From IMG/VR virus record IMGVR_UViG_3300027692_000003: DNA of 64,000 bases; one strand, written 5' to 3'. Below are positions 17,616 through 26,552 of the stretch, in pieces. Each line of letters opens with the position of its first letter. The stretch's first letter is position 1. The notes beneath the pieces were generated by a model. That model made no database searches. It was not told the DNA's origin and was given only the letters and a program-made list of their open reading frames with translations. The stretch comes from a virus (Duplodnaviria > Heunggongvirae > Uroviricota > Caudoviricetes). The translations under genes were made by a program, and so were the position numbers.

Positions 17616-18334
17616 AGCCGCTCACCTTCCGCGGAGCATTCCAGGCAGGCATACCCGGCCGGAGGTTCCCCGCCGCAGGTGCTGCACTGGTACGGGCCGA
17701 TCATCACGGCCAGTTCCAGGCCGACAAGACCGGCAAGCTGCCCGGCCAGTTCCAGGCCGACACCGGTCCCGTTGATAGCGCGGGCGGCCGTCTGCGCCGT
17801 GATCGACGCGCGTTCCTGGATGGCTGCCTGATCCCAGCCGAGTGCCCGCATGCGGGCTGTCAGGTGGGCGGAGAAGTTCTCGACCGGTGTCCCGACTCCC
17901 TCGGCCGGAGGTGTGGGCGCGGCGTCGGCTGGGGGGTTCCCTGCGCCGGGGAGGTCCCCCGCGACCCTGGCCGCGATCTCTTCGCGGGACGGCCGCTGAT
18001 ACAGGTCGTTGGTCATCGTTATCGGTTGTCCTTTCCCGCCGTCGTGGCGGCCTTCAGGGTGCGAGTAATCCACGCCGTGGAGCAGGCCCATCCCGGCTTC
18101 GGTGACCCACAGGCGCGCACCGTCCGGCGTGTTACGTGACTCGACTAGGGCAGAGGTCACGGTCTTGCGGATAGCGCGGTCCGCGGTGTTGGGCGGGAAC
18201 GTGTTGGCGACGTGGTTGTAGGTACGCGCGCGGGACACTCCGGGCGTGCCCTCCACGTAGAGCAGGACAGCTTCGGTGGCCGCGCCGAGCATGGCGCCGC
18301 GGCCGGGGATGGCGCCAGGGAGCGGACCGCTCAT
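17612..18334 (-). CDS. hypothetical protein with C-terminal CxxC...CxxC (start MSGPLPG with GAGGAAG RBS)
   Basis: The upstream 102 codons of the track ORF are Arg/Pro-rich artefact. Downstream looks protein-like and ends ...PYQCSTCGGEPPAGYACLECSAEGERL. Confidence 0.4.
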   Translation of the reverse strand: MSGPLPGAIPGRGAMLGAATEAVLLYVEGTPGVSRARTYNHVANTFPPNTADRAIRKTVTSALVESRNTPDGARLWVTEAGMGLLHGVDYSHPEGRHDGGKGQPITMTNDLYQRPSREEIAARVAGDLPGAGNPPADAAPTPPAEGVGTPVENFSAHLTARMRALGWDQAAIQERASITAQTAARAINGTGVGLELAGQLAGLVGLELAVMIGPYQCSTCGGEPPAGYACLECSAEGERL

Positions 18335-18518
18335 GGCTGCTTCCTCATCGGCTGATGGCGGCCGCCAGGTGAGGCGACGTACCGGCCGCTGCACTGCCAC
18401 GGCTCGCCGCTCTCGAAGCCCTCGCCGGCGTAGTCGCCACCGGGGCCGTGGTCGCGGACGTGACGGTTGCAGCCCGTCGCCATGATGCGGGCGATGATGC
18501 TGGTCTCTGGTTCGGCGG

Positions 18519-18716
18519 TCACCTGAATCTCGTTTCCTGGTAGCAGGTATCCGGGTCCACGTGGGTGCTGTACCGGAGCCATCGCGTGCTGCCGTAGTCG
18601 TCATGGCCGGGCGTGATGGTGGCGTGCTCGTAGCGGTCACCGGGCTTGATGGTTCCGTGGCAGGTGACGCACTTACGGGCTATGCGGGCGCGGCGGATGG
18701 TGGTGAAGATGGCCAC
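18519..18716 (-). CDS. small zinc-ribbon-like protein
   Basis: ORF MAIFTTIRRARIARKCVTCHGTIKPGDRYEHATITPGHDDYGSTRWLRYSTHVDPDTCYQETRFR. Confidence 0.35.
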   Translation of the reverse strand: MAIFTTIRRARIARKCVTCHGTIKPGDRYEHATITPGHDDYGSTRWLRYSTHVDPDTCYQETRFR

Positions 18717-18719
18717 GGC

Positions 18720-19010
18720 CTAGCCCTCCGGCTTCCGTGCAGTAACGATCAGCCGACATACGTGCTCATCCCGCTCGGCCGAATACCCGGTTTCGGTGAT
18801 CGCCTTCGCGTACTCGTCCAGGCGTGCCCAGCGCTGGGCGTCGGAGGTGCCCATGCTCATCGGCCGCCAGCGGACCTCAACCCGGCCGGCGCTCAGGCCG
18901 TTCACCTCGAAGCCAGAGCTTGTGAGGCTGTCCCGGTCGGCGCGCTTGAAACCGGCGTAGCCCAGCAGCCGGGAGATGCCGTGCGGTGTCGGCTGCTTGG
19001 GGGAGGTCAT
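18720..19010 (-). CDS. hypothetical 96-aa protein; paralogue of the C-terminal domain of the 19577-20392 product
   Basis: QPTPHGISRLLGYAG...SSGFEVNGLSAGRVEVRWRPMSMG...YAKAITETGYSAERDEHVCRLIVTARKPEG aligns with HPTPQGISALLAEAA...TDGFEVSGDPHGVRVRFRFMRIMPG...YARTITGAGWAVEAGDYELFVTAPKTED. Confidence 0.5.
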   Translation of the reverse strand: MTSPKQPTPHGISRLLGYAGFKRADRDSLTSSGFEVNGLSAGRVEVRWRPMSMGTSDAQRWARLDEYAKAITETGYSAERDEHVCRLIVTARKPEG

Positions 19011-19204
19011 CGCGCTTCCCGTCCGTTCCGTTCGGCCTGCGCCGTGTCGGCCAGGTGGTGACAGGCCAGGATCAAGCGCTCAAGCTGCCCGTCGTCCAGC
19101 CACGCCACTTCGCAGGCGGTCATCTGGGGGTCGCGGTTCAGGGCGTGAGACAGTGCGCGGTGCGATACCGCGACGATCCCGCCGGGGCTGCTGGGCTTGG
19201 CCAT
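19007..19204 (-). CDS. hypothetical small protein
   Basis: ORF MAKPSSPGGIVAVSHRALSHALNRDPQMTACEVAWLDDGQLERLILACHHLADTAQAERNGREAR with overlapping starts/stops in the operon. Confidence 0.3.
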   Translation of the reverse strand: MAKPSSPGGIVAVSHRALSHALNRDPQMTACEVAWLDDGQLERLILACHHLADTAQAERNGREAR

Positions 19205-19207
19205 CGG

Positions 19208-19477
19208 TCAGCCCTTCCCTGCGATATGGTCACGGGCGGCAGCGACGACGGAGACAAGCCATGGTCCTGCTTTCGCTAGCAGGTCAGCGGCCGGGTGGTC
19301 GTCGAACCAGAGGCGGGAGGCCACTGTGATGCGGGCCGGGACAGCGGACCCGCCGGCCGCAGTGAAAAGCACGGTGATCCGGACCGGGTCGAGTCCTTTG
19401 ATGTCCCCCCACTCGTCGCCGGCGGTCCGGGTGACGGTCACTTCCCACTCCTGCCGCGTGACCTCGAAGTCAGCCAT
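19208..19477 (-). CDS. hypothetical protein
   Basis: ORF MADFEVTRQEWEVTVTRTAGDEWGDIKGLDPVRITVLFTAAGGSAVPARITVASRLWFDDHPAADLLAKAGPWLVSVVAAARDHIAGKG. Confidence 0.4.
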   Translation of the reverse strand: MADFEVTRQEWEVTVTRTAGDEWGDIKGLDPVRITVLFTAAGGSAVPARITVASRLWFDDHPAADLLAKAGPWLVSVVAAARDHIAGKG

Positions 19478-19576
19478 GGGCGTGTCCCTCGCAGTCGCCG
19501 GTGTGCCACTTGCCGTCTGGGGCGTAGAAGCCGACAGTCCAGAGGGACGGCTCGCTTCGGATGTAGACGTACATGC

Positions 19577-20392
19577 TCAGTCCTCCGTTTTCGGTGCGGT
19601 CACGAACAGCTCGTAATCGCCGGCCTCAACAGCCCATCCCGCTCCGGTGATGGTCCTGGCGTAGCTCCTGGTCGCTGCCTTCGCTACTGCGGGATCGTGG
19701 CCCGGCATGATGCGCATGAACCGGAACCGGACACGGACGCCGTGCGGATCTCCGCTGACCTCGAAGCCGTCCGTGAATGACCAGCCGCCGGGGACTGGCA
19801 CCTGCCCGGCGCGGGGATGCGCGGCTTCGGCCAGCAACGCTGAGATGCCCTGCGGGGTGGGGTGCCGGGTCACTGGCGAGCCCTCCGTTCCGTGACCCAG
19901 CATGATCGGGTCTTCGGCGCGGCACTGTGCCGCGAAGTCCTGTGCCCACTGCTCGGCGTCGGCGTGGATTCTCGCCGCGTCGGCAGCGGAGTCGATCGGG
20001 AACCGTGCGGCCCTCATGTTCGCCCGGATGATGTCTTCCGGCGCCAGGGTGCCCTCGATTGCGTGCGGTACGGCGACTTCTGCGGATGGCTGCGGCGCCC
20101 GGTGGACCGGCTCAGGACACGCCGACTCATACGCGGATTCGCGGTCTAGGTCGGGTGACCAGACGACGCCTGTGTCGTTGCAGACACGGCATAGCGGGGG
20201 CTCTGCCCGTGCGGCCATGTGGTCCATGACGGCCAGTGCTTCGTCTAGCCCGTCCACGTGGCCGAACGTCTTCAGTGCGCCGTCGTTGCCTTCGTCGTCC
20301 AGGTCGAGGGCGACCGTGTAGGTGCTCTCGCGTCGGCGGCCAAGCTCGGTGCGGAGTTCTGCCCACATCTCGGCGCTCATGATTCGGTCCAC
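19577..20392 (-). CDS. hypothetical 271-aa protein; its C-terminal ~95 aa are duplicated in the 18720-19010 product
   Basis: See the paralogue alignment above. N-terminus MDRIMSAEMWAELRTELGRRRESTYTVALDLDDEGNDG... Confidence 0.5.
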   Translation of the reverse strand: MDRIMSAEMWAELRTELGRRRESTYTVALDLDDEGNDGALKTFGHVDGLDEALAVMDHMAARAEPPLCRVCNDTGVVWSPDLDRESAYESACPEPVHRAPQPSAEVAVPHAIEGTLAPEDIIRANMRAARFPIDSAADAARIHADAEQWAQDFAAQCRAEDPIMLGHGTEGSPVTRHPTPQGISALLAEAAHPRAGQVPVPGGWSFTDGFEVSGDPHGVRVRFRFMRIMPGHDPAVAKAATRSYARTITGAGWAVEAGDYELFVTAPKTED

Positions 20393-20532
20393 CTTTCCTC
20401 GCGAGCAAGACGCTCGCCTTCGTCATCAAGTTCTGTCGGGGATGGGGCTGTCCGCCCCTCACCGAGGAGGGAGAGCCTCAGGGTTTCGAGGGCCGTCGCC
20501 GGGGGGCGGGTGGCTAGGGAAGTGGTCACTGG

Positions 20533-20727
20533 TCAGCCCTCCCATTTCCTTGGGAGACCTTCGCGGACGCGGATGTCCTCGACTTCCCGCGTGGCGAACG
20601 TGACCGGGCACGGGCATCCGTCGACTTCGTGGCAGCCGGTCATGTCGTGCGCTTCGATCGGGTGACCGCATTCGTCGCACTCGACGTAGCCGTCCGTGAG
20701 CGGCTGGGAATCATGCTTGCGGGGCAT
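20533..20727 (-). CDS. small Cys/His zinc-finger-like protein
   Basis: ORF MPRKHDSQPLTDGYVECDECGHPIEAHDMTGCHEVDGCPCPVTF... Confidence 0.4.
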   Translation of the reverse strand: MPRKHDSQPLTDGYVECDECGHPIEAHDMTGCHEVDGCPCPVTFATREVEDIRVREGLPRKWEG

Positions 20728-20730
20728 CGT

Positions 20731-20988
20731 CTATGCCGCCTTCCGGGTAATCGTGTAGTGCCCGGCTAGCAGCAGGCCGACCGTTATCTTGACGTCGACA
20801 GTCCCGTCATCGCTGGTGACGTACAGGTACGCGCGGTTGATATCGGACCAGTCGTGCTGCTGCGGTGTGGTGACCACGCCGCCCAGCGGAGGAGTCGTGC
20901 GCCCCGCAACGTCTACCTTGTCGCCGCGCTTGAAGCTGGCGAGATGGGCGTAAGCCTCTTCGGCGCGGGTGAGTCTGATGACGGCCAC
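20731..20988 (-). CDS. hypothetical protein
   Basis: ORF MAVIRLTRAEEAYAHLASFKRGDKVDVAGRTTPPLGGVVTTPQQHDWSDINRAYLYVTSDDGTVDVKITVGLLLAGHYTITRKAA. Confidence 0.4.
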   Translation of the reverse strand: MAVIRLTRAEEAYAHLASFKRGDKVDVAGRTTPPLGGVVTTPQQHDWSDINRAYLYVTSDDGTVDVKITVGLLLAGHYTITRKAA

Positions 20989-20991
20989 CGG

Positions 20992-21315
20992 TCAGCCCTG
21001 CGCCATCTGCGGGTAGTACCGCTCCAGCGTGGCCCAGATGACCTCATCGTCACGACCGGCCGCGAACCAGGCCCGGCGCAGCTCCGTAGCACCGCAGCCC
21101 GCCTCCGGGTAGCACACGCCGTCGTCGAGGACATCACACGGCAGGGCCGGCCCGTCGTCCTGCGGCTTACGGTGATGGAAGTCGAGGACGAAAGGGACAC
21201 GACTCCCCGGCATGGTGCTGCACACCACCGCGCCGAGGTCCCCCGAGACGATGTAGCAGGTGCAGTTGTCGGTGATGGCTGTCGAGCGGGTGGTGGCGGG
21301 CGGGTTGTCCGTCAT
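20992..21315 (-). CDS. hypothetical Cys-containing protein
   Basis: ORF MTDNPPATTRSTAITDNCTCYIVSGDLGAVVCSTMPGSRVPFVLDFHHRKPQDDG... Confidence 0.45.
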   Translation of the reverse strand: MTDNPPATTRSTAITDNCTCYIVSGDLGAVVCSTMPGSRVPFVLDFHHRKPQDDGPALPCDVLDDGVCYPEAGCGATELRRAWFAAGRDDEVIWATLERYYPQMAQG

Positions 21316-21662
21316 CAGATTGCCTCCGTAGCATCCAGGAGCTGAGTGAGAAGGGCGCGGAGCTGGCCGGCCGTGAGATCGACCGTGTCGCCTTCCCCGT
21401 CAACCGAGCAGAGAATTACCGGGCCGTGGTAGGACTGCCAGGTGAAGCCGTGGTGCGCGGCGAACGCGGTCGCCGGCAGGTTGACGGGCTGGGCGTAAAG
21501 GCCTTCCTCGTCGATCCACATGTCGATACGGCTGGTGAGCGCCACGCAGTCCACGAGGGAACAGCCGATGTGCTCGCGCATCAGGGCCAGGTGGTCACCG
21601 CCGGCCTTGAAGCTGATCTCGGTGATCGTGCCGTCGGGGTGAAGTACCAGTGCGCTGCCCAT
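21315..21662 (-). CDS. hypothetical protein
   Basis: ORF MGSALVLHPDGTITEISFKAGGDHLALMREHIGCSLVDCVALTSRIDMWIDEEGLYAQPVNLPATAFAAHHGFTW... Confidence 0.45.
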   Translation of the reverse strand: MGSALVLHPDGTITEISFKAGGDHLALMREHIGCSLVDCVALTSRIDMWIDEEGLYAQPVNLPATAFAAHHGFTWQSYHGPVILCSVDGEGDTVDLTAGQLRALLTQLLDATEAI

Positions 21663-21665
21663 CGT

Positions 21666-21857
21666 TCAGATCTCCTCGTTCAGTTCGCGGCCGTCGCGGT
21701 ACATCGCCCGCACCCGGCCGATCGGGTCATGGATCGTCAGCAGGCGGCCCATGTCGTTCAGGCAGCCGCGCTCGGCCTCGGCGAGCGACGCGGCGGTGCC
21801 GACGATCTCCCGGCTGTCGCTGACCGTCCATGCGCTGCAGGTGCTGCTCATCGTCAT
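21666..21857 (-). CDS. hypothetical small protein
   Basis: ORF MTMSSTCSAWTVSDSREIVGTAASLAEAERGCLNDMGRLLTIHDPIGRVRAMYRDGRELNEEI. Confidence 0.35.
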   Translation of the reverse strand: MTMSSTCSAWTVSDSREIVGTAASLAEAERGCLNDMGRLLTIHDPIGRVRAMYRDGRELNEEI

Positions 21858-21869
21858 GCCGCCTTCTAA

Positions 21870-22226
21870 TCAGGGGTGGTCGTTGGGGAAGTAGGCGGAA
21901 CCGATGAGGGAGTGGGCTTCGTTATAGGCGCGCTCGCGCAGCTCGGCGGTAACGCGGGCTTGGAGTTCGTCTCTCTCGGCGGTCCGGATCTTCACGACAA
22001 GGTCCGCGCGGCCTTCCGCAGCGAGGTGCGCGGTCAGCTCGGCGAGCATCGCCCGGGACACCTGGTGGACCTTGTCGTTGAACTCGGGGGTGCTGAGGGT
22101 GCGTCCCTCGTTGACCCGGAGCACCATCAGGGCTGACTGCTTGCGGACCAGCGCGATGATGTCGGCGGCGGTGCGGAGGTGGCCGTTCGTCATGAGGAGT
22201 TCCTGCGCGGTGGTGGTCATCGTCAT
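21870..22226 (-). CDS. hypothetical helical protein
   Basis: ORF MTMTTTAQELLMTNGHLRTAADIIALVRKQSALMVLRVNEGRTLSTPEFNDKVHQVSRAMLAELTAHLAAEGRADLVVKIRTAERDELQARV... Confidence 0.45.
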   Translation of the reverse strand: MTMTTTAQELLMTNGHLRTAADIIALVRKQSALMVLRVNEGRTLSTPEFNDKVHQVSRAMLAELTAHLAAEGRADLVVKIRTAERDELQARVTAELRERAYNEAHSLIGSAYFPNDHP

Positions 22227-22229
22227 CTC

Positions 22230-22607
22230 CTAGGCGGCGAGCGCCATGGTGGCTGCTGCGTTGTGGCAGCAGGGCTTGGATGCTGGGCACGAGCACTCGT
22301 ACGTGGTGGTGGTGTAGTACTCGCTGCCGTCGCTGGAGACGGTCAGGAAAAGTCCGTCGATGCCAGTGGGGACGAGGGCGCCGTCCTCGAAGATCTCGTC
22401 GGCCTTGTCGAGCTGCTCGGGGGTGAAGACCTCGGCGAGGACGACGCGGGCGGCGGTGCGGACGATGCGGAGCTTGGCGGCGCAGGTGCGGCCGTCAGGG
22501 CCGGCGGCGAGGAGGGCTGCGGCGGAGCGGAAGCGCCGTACGCGTCCGCAGGCTAGGCACTTGGCGGTGTGCTCAGGGGTTCCCGTGGTCTTGCCCATGG
22601 CCCCCAT
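22230..22607 (-). CDS. SWIM-type zinc-finger protein; first gene of the leftward operon
   Basis: C-terminal YECSCPASKPCCHNAAA (CxCxnCxH). The upstream 280 codons of the 406-aa track ORF are Arg/Gly-rich artefact. Confidence 0.5.
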   Translation of the reverse strand: MGAMGKTTGTPEHTAKCLACGRVRRFRSAAALLAAGPDGRTCAAKLRIVRTAARVVLAEVFTPEQLDKADEIFEDGALVPTGIDGLFLTVSSDGSEYYTTTTYECSCPASKPCCHNAAATMALAA

Positions 22608-22659
22608 CGTAGGGCATACTGTAGCCACAGGCAATAGGAATTCCACGGAAGGTGAGAAG
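22608..22659. promoter_or_regulatory. Divergent control region between the leftward operon and the RHH gene
   Basis: Relatively AT-rich intergenic tcgtagggcatactgtagccacaggcaataggaattccacggaaggtgagaag. RBS GGAAGGTGAGA precedes the ATG at 22660. Confidence 0.3.
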
Positions 22660-22884
22660 ATGGCCGTGACCCACACCAGACCCGACACCGGAGGTACGGC
22701 GATGCCGGACGGTACGCCGCTGCGGAAGATCCGCATGGACGACGACCTGTGGAAGCGGCTAGAGGAAACAGCCAAGCGCGCCGATCCAGACTCCAACCGA
22801 ACCGTCATCCTGCGGAAGTTCGCACGCTGGTACGTCGGCGACATAGACGAGATGCCGCAGCGGCCTGAGCCGAAGCGTTTCTGA
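22660..22884 (+). CDS. ribbon-helix-helix (CopG/Arc-like) DNA-binding protein
   Basis: LRKIRMDDDLWKRLEETAKRADPDSNRTVILRKFARWYVG is an RHH-type pattern. The upstream part of the 174-aa track ORF lacks coding character. Confidence 0.5.
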   Translation: MAVTHTRPDTGGTAMPDGTPLRKIRMDDDLWKRLEETAKRADPDSNRTVILRKFARWYVGDIDEMPQRPEPKRF

Positions 22885-23177
22885 TGGGCGGTCAGCCCGC
22901 GCCCGGATTCCGGAAATGCGACCCGATGAGCCTGCCCGAAGCCTGCTTCTGGGCAGTGGCCATCATCGGTGACGGCGTCAGCACGCCACGGGTCCATGAC
23001 TGGCTCAAACATGACGGCCGACATGCCGAGAGGACCCAAGTGCTCCGTGCCCTGAAGAGTGCCAGCCGCAGGCAGCCGCCGCTCATTGAATGCACGCACC
23101 AAGGCCGTGCGGGGAACGGGGATCCGGCCCGGTGGCGCCTCACCGCACATGGCCGCGACTACCTCGCGACATGCTGA
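22884..23177 (+). CDS. hypothetical protein (ATGA-coupled to the RHH gene)
   Basis: ORF MGGQPAPGFRKCDPMSLPEACFWAVAIIGDGVSTPRVHDWLKHDGRHAERTQVLRALKSASRRQ... Confidence 0.4.
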   Translation: MGGQPAPGFRKCDPMSLPEACFWAVAIIGDGVSTPRVHDWLKHDGRHAERTQVLRALKSASRRQPPLIECTHQGRAGNGDPARWRLTAHGRDYLATC

Positions 23178-23278
23178 TAGGTGTCCGGTCACCCCTCCGC
23201 CCCTTCCCCTGCTGCCGGGGTGAGCGGCGGCGCCGTACGGGCCGCTAACGCCTGCTTGACCCCGGCACCGTAACCAGC

Positions 23279-24913
23279 TCAGTCCTGGTCCTGGTCCTGC
23301 TCCGTACTGGCGGGGCCCGGTTTCCCGGTCCAGAGGATCTTCACGGAGTTCCTGACCGGGTTGTGCTTGGTATGTCCCGGGAAGAGCTCGATCTTCTGCG
23401 TGAGGATCCTGATGATGGCCCGCTTCTGGAGGACCGTCAGTGCATCCCACGCTGCCCGGACCCTGGGCTCGGGTCCGCCGAGCGGCATGTTCCGCAGGAC
23501 CGGGGAGATCGCGAGGCGGCGCCCCTTGCTGCGGAGCCGGCCGATGTCGGCCTCGAGGGTTTTCTCCAGCTGCGCGAGGACCCGCAGGCTCGGGGTGCCT
23601 GTCAGGGCATGGCTGTCGGTGGCTTCCCGCAGCCGCTGCTCTTTCTCCTCTGCCTCCGCGAAGTACTGCTCGGCATTGCGGCGCCGGTCCTGGCTGCTGG
23701 CGAGCGCCCGGAGGATGTCGGGGTTGGTGAGCCGGACGATGACTGACTCGGTGACGTACTCGTCAACCAGGGGCATGCGCCGGGCGGCGTGGCCCTTCGG
23801 GCAGTAGTAGTGGAAGAGCCCTGATCCCCTGGCCGTCTCGTTTCCCTGGACAGGCTTCGCGCAGATACCGCACTGGATGATGTAGGAGGCGAGGTAGCGG
23901 ACGTTCCCGTCGCGCCGCTTGCCCCTGGACCGTTCGGCGAGGACGCCGCGGGCCTGGGCTGCGAGGGCCTGGCTGAGGACCGGCGGCCAGATCGCCGTCG
24001 CGACGACCTGGCCGCGGTGCACCCGCTCCCCTGTGTAGGTGGGCCGCTTGATCATCAGGATCAGGGTCTGCCAACGCCAGTGCGTGCCCGCGACGATCTC
24101 CTCGAGCGCGGCTCTCTTCGCCGGGTCGGCCGTGGCGTTCAGCCGGCGCGCCGCCGCGGCTGCCCTGGGTGACAGGATCCCGCGGCGGTCGAGGTCGTCG
24201 CATATCTGCTGGAGCGGCTCGTGCAGGGAGACCCGCCGGGCTGCTTCCCGGATTACCTGGGCTTCTTCCTCGATGATGCGGACCTCGAGGAGTTCTCGGT
24301 CCGGGCCGTACACCCTCTCGTAGGCGTACACGCCGGGGCCGTGGGGACGGCCGGACTGCGCGTTGGCGCGCATGTCCCGCCGGACACGCTTGCTGGTCTC
24401 GTCGGAGGATTTCTCGTTGTGCATGCCTTCCATGAGGAGGGCCTGCCGGTCGGCGATGTTGTCCGGGTCATACAGGCGCTCGGCGCCGCTGTCGTAGAGG
24501 AGTGTTCCCGTGTCGCGGCACAGGTCCAGGAAGTGCGTCCAGGAGGCCATGGTCCGGTCACCGCGGGAGGTCTCGTGCATGACGAGGACCCGGGCGGGCC
24601 GCTGCGGGGAGTCCTCCCTGAGGACGGGGGTGCCTTCGAGTACCTCGATGAGCTCGTCCCAGTCGGGGCGGCGCCGGGTCGCGAAGCGGGACGCCGAGAT
24701 GTCGTCGTCGCTCCATTTCCGCTCGACCGGCCAGCCGTGGTCGGTGCAGGCCCGTACGTTGGCCCGGTCCTGCTGGACGATCGACCCGACTTTGTCCTTG
24801 CCGCGTTTCCTGCTCCTGCTGGCATCGCTGAGGCGGGTGTAGAGCCACGCGGGCAGGGGCCCGCGATCTGGAGGGAGAAGTGCCAGCGCGGGCAGCATGG
24901 TGCTATGGTACAT
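23279..24913 (-). CDS. large serine recombinase (serine integrase)
   Basis: N-terminal resolvase domain (YTRLSDASRSRKRG...SIVQQDRANVRACTDHGW), recombinase domain, and zinc-ribbon Cys cluster (CGICAKP...YYCPKGH). 544 aa. Confidence 0.85.
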   Translation of the reverse strand: MYHSTMLPALALLPPDRGPLPAWLYTRLSDASRSRKRGKDKVGSIVQQDRANVRACTDHGWPVERKWSDDDISASRFATRRRPDWDELIEVLEGTPVLREDSPQRPARVLVMHETSRGDRTMASWTHFLDLCRDTGTLLYDSGAERLYDPDNIADRQALLMEGMHNEKSSDETSKRVRRDMRANAQSGRPHGPGVYAYERVYGPDRELLEVRIIEEEAQVIREAARRVSLHEPLQQICDDLDRRGILSPRAAAAARRLNATADPAKRAALEEIVAGTHWRWQTLILMIKRPTYTGERVHRGQVVATAIWPPVLSQALAAQARGVLAERSRGKRRDGNVRYLASYIIQCGICAKPVQGNETARGSGLFHYYCPKGHAARRMPLVDEYVTESVIVRLTNPDILRALASSQDRRRNAEQYFAEAEEKEQRLREATDSHALTGTPSLRVLAQLEKTLEADIGRLRSKGRRLAISPVLRNMPLGGPEPRVRAAWDALTVLQKRAIIRILTQKIELFPGHTKHNPVRNSVKILWTGKPGPASTEQDQDQD

Positions 24914-24965
24914 CTTAGTAAGGGTTAAGATCCTACTAGCGGGCTGGAATTGCCTTAGCCCCTAC

Positions 24966-24997
24966 GGAACCACGGAACCACGGAACCACGGAACCAC
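24966..24997. repeat. (GGAACCAC)x4 perfect tandem octamer plus a degenerate fifth copy, in the intergenic region between the serine recombinase and the secreted-protein gene
   Basis: cggaaccacggaaccacggaaccacggaaccacgggacc read directly. Confidence 0.6.
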
Positions 24998-25158
24998 GGG
25001 ACCGAGCAGGCGGCCTGAACGGGCCGCTGCCAGGGACACTACCCGTCCTGGCCGCCCGGTGCCTGGTAACCGGACCCGTCCCGCCATGCCCGCGGGGACG
25101 GGGCCACAGCGGCCCGGCCGCAGGGTCCGGCCGCAGATCCAGGAAAGGCCATCCCAGA

Positions 25159-25943
25159 TGTCACTCAGGAGCAGGAGCGCCGCCACGTTCGCGGCAGCGG
25201 CCCTCATCATCCCCGCGTTCGCGGGGCTCGCGGCCGTGACGAGCGCGGGTGCCGCGAACGCGGCGACCCCGTCGTGCGGCGGCAGCTGCATCGACGTCTT
25301 CAGCCACCAGTTCGGCACGTTCGCGGACCCGTCATTCGTGATGGACTCGTTCAAGCAGGGCGACGTGGCCGGCACCCCGGTCATCCTGTTCCGCACCAGC
25401 AACAGCGACCCGGCTGAGGACTTCACCGTCGACGAGGAAGGCCTGGTGTCGCGGTTCTACGCCCTCGGCCTGGTCTCCCCGCAGCTCGCGCTTTTTTATG
25501 GCTGCACCTACACCGTCCTGGCCACCACGATCCCGTGCACCGGCTTCGACGGCACCGGCTACGACTTCGAGGCGTACGAGTTCATGTACTCCCCGTACGG
25601 CGTCCAGACCGGTCTCTGCACCGGCGTCGCCTCCACCGCGGTCGCAGGCGAGCACGTGACCCTGCAGCCCTGCGGCGTCACCAGCAAGACGCTGTGGATC
25701 GCGGCCGACGTGAAGGACTACGACGGCCACGGCGTCCCGACGGGACTGGAGTCGTTCGAGCAGCCCCTCGTGAACGGGTCGGACACCAACTTCTCGCAGC
25801 CGTTCGCGCTGGCCTACGGCACGTCCAGCTACCCGACTGACACCCCGCGGCCCCCGCTGTACACCGAGAACCTCCTCGGCTTCTCCGACGGCGAGATCGG
25901 CACCAACGAGCTGTTCAGCGCCGACACAGGCGTCCTCCCGTAA
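25159..25943 (+). CDS. secreted Cys-rich protein (signal peptide)
   Basis: MSLRSRSAATFAAAALIIPAFAGLAAVTSAGAANAATP signal-like. Mature part has paired Cys residues. The upstream part of the track ORF is not coding. Confidence 0.6.
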
Positions 25944-26552
25944 CACCTGGCTGTTACAGCAGGGCAGGAACCGGCCCAGGAACCTGGCCGGCGGTCATCC
26001 CGTGAGCGTGAGGGGCACGGATGACCGCCGGCCAGCCCGTTTCCCCAGGACATTCACGGAAGGCAAGGACAGGCAGTTGGCTGCTACCGCACTCGAGAGG
26101 CGCCCGGCGGCGGGCGGATGGCGGCAGGCGCGGGCTGGACTGCGCGGCCGTCACGCCGCCGCCCTCCCCGTTCCCCGCGTCGCCGCGGTGACCGGCCGCC
26201 GGTCCGGGCCGCAGGTCAGCGAAGCCTACGCGTCCGCTGCCCTCCTCGCCGCCCTCCGCGGACGCCGGCACCTCGCCGCCGCATCCGTGCAGTGCATGAC
26301 ACCCGAAGACATCGCCGCGTTCCGGACGGCCGCCCGGTACCTCGTCGAGCTGGGCGCCGCCCGGCTCCGGGACCTCGACCCGGCTGCTGTCCCCCCAGGG
26401 TTCACGGCCTGCTGGACCTGCCTCACCACCCCGGCCGGAACCGCGTGCACCAGCCCGTCCTGCCGCGAGGGCGCGTAGCGGATGCGGCCGGACCGGCCCC
26501 TGTCACCGGAGCCCCCCCCCGCTGCCTCCTCGGTAATGAGGAAGGGACCGCT

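Noticed and set aside
7590-22607. Integron hypothesis (tyrosine recombinase plus array of small promoterless ORFs)
   Set aside because: The small ORFs converge on int instead of diverging from an attI/Pc region. No attC-like imperfect inverted repeats lie between the ORFs, and many ORFs overlap by 1-4 nt.
22230-23450. 406-aa minus-strand ORF
   Set aside because: Only the C-terminal 125 aa (SWIM protein) look coding. The rest is Gly/Arg/Pro-rich and runs antisense through the RHH and the following hypothetical gene.
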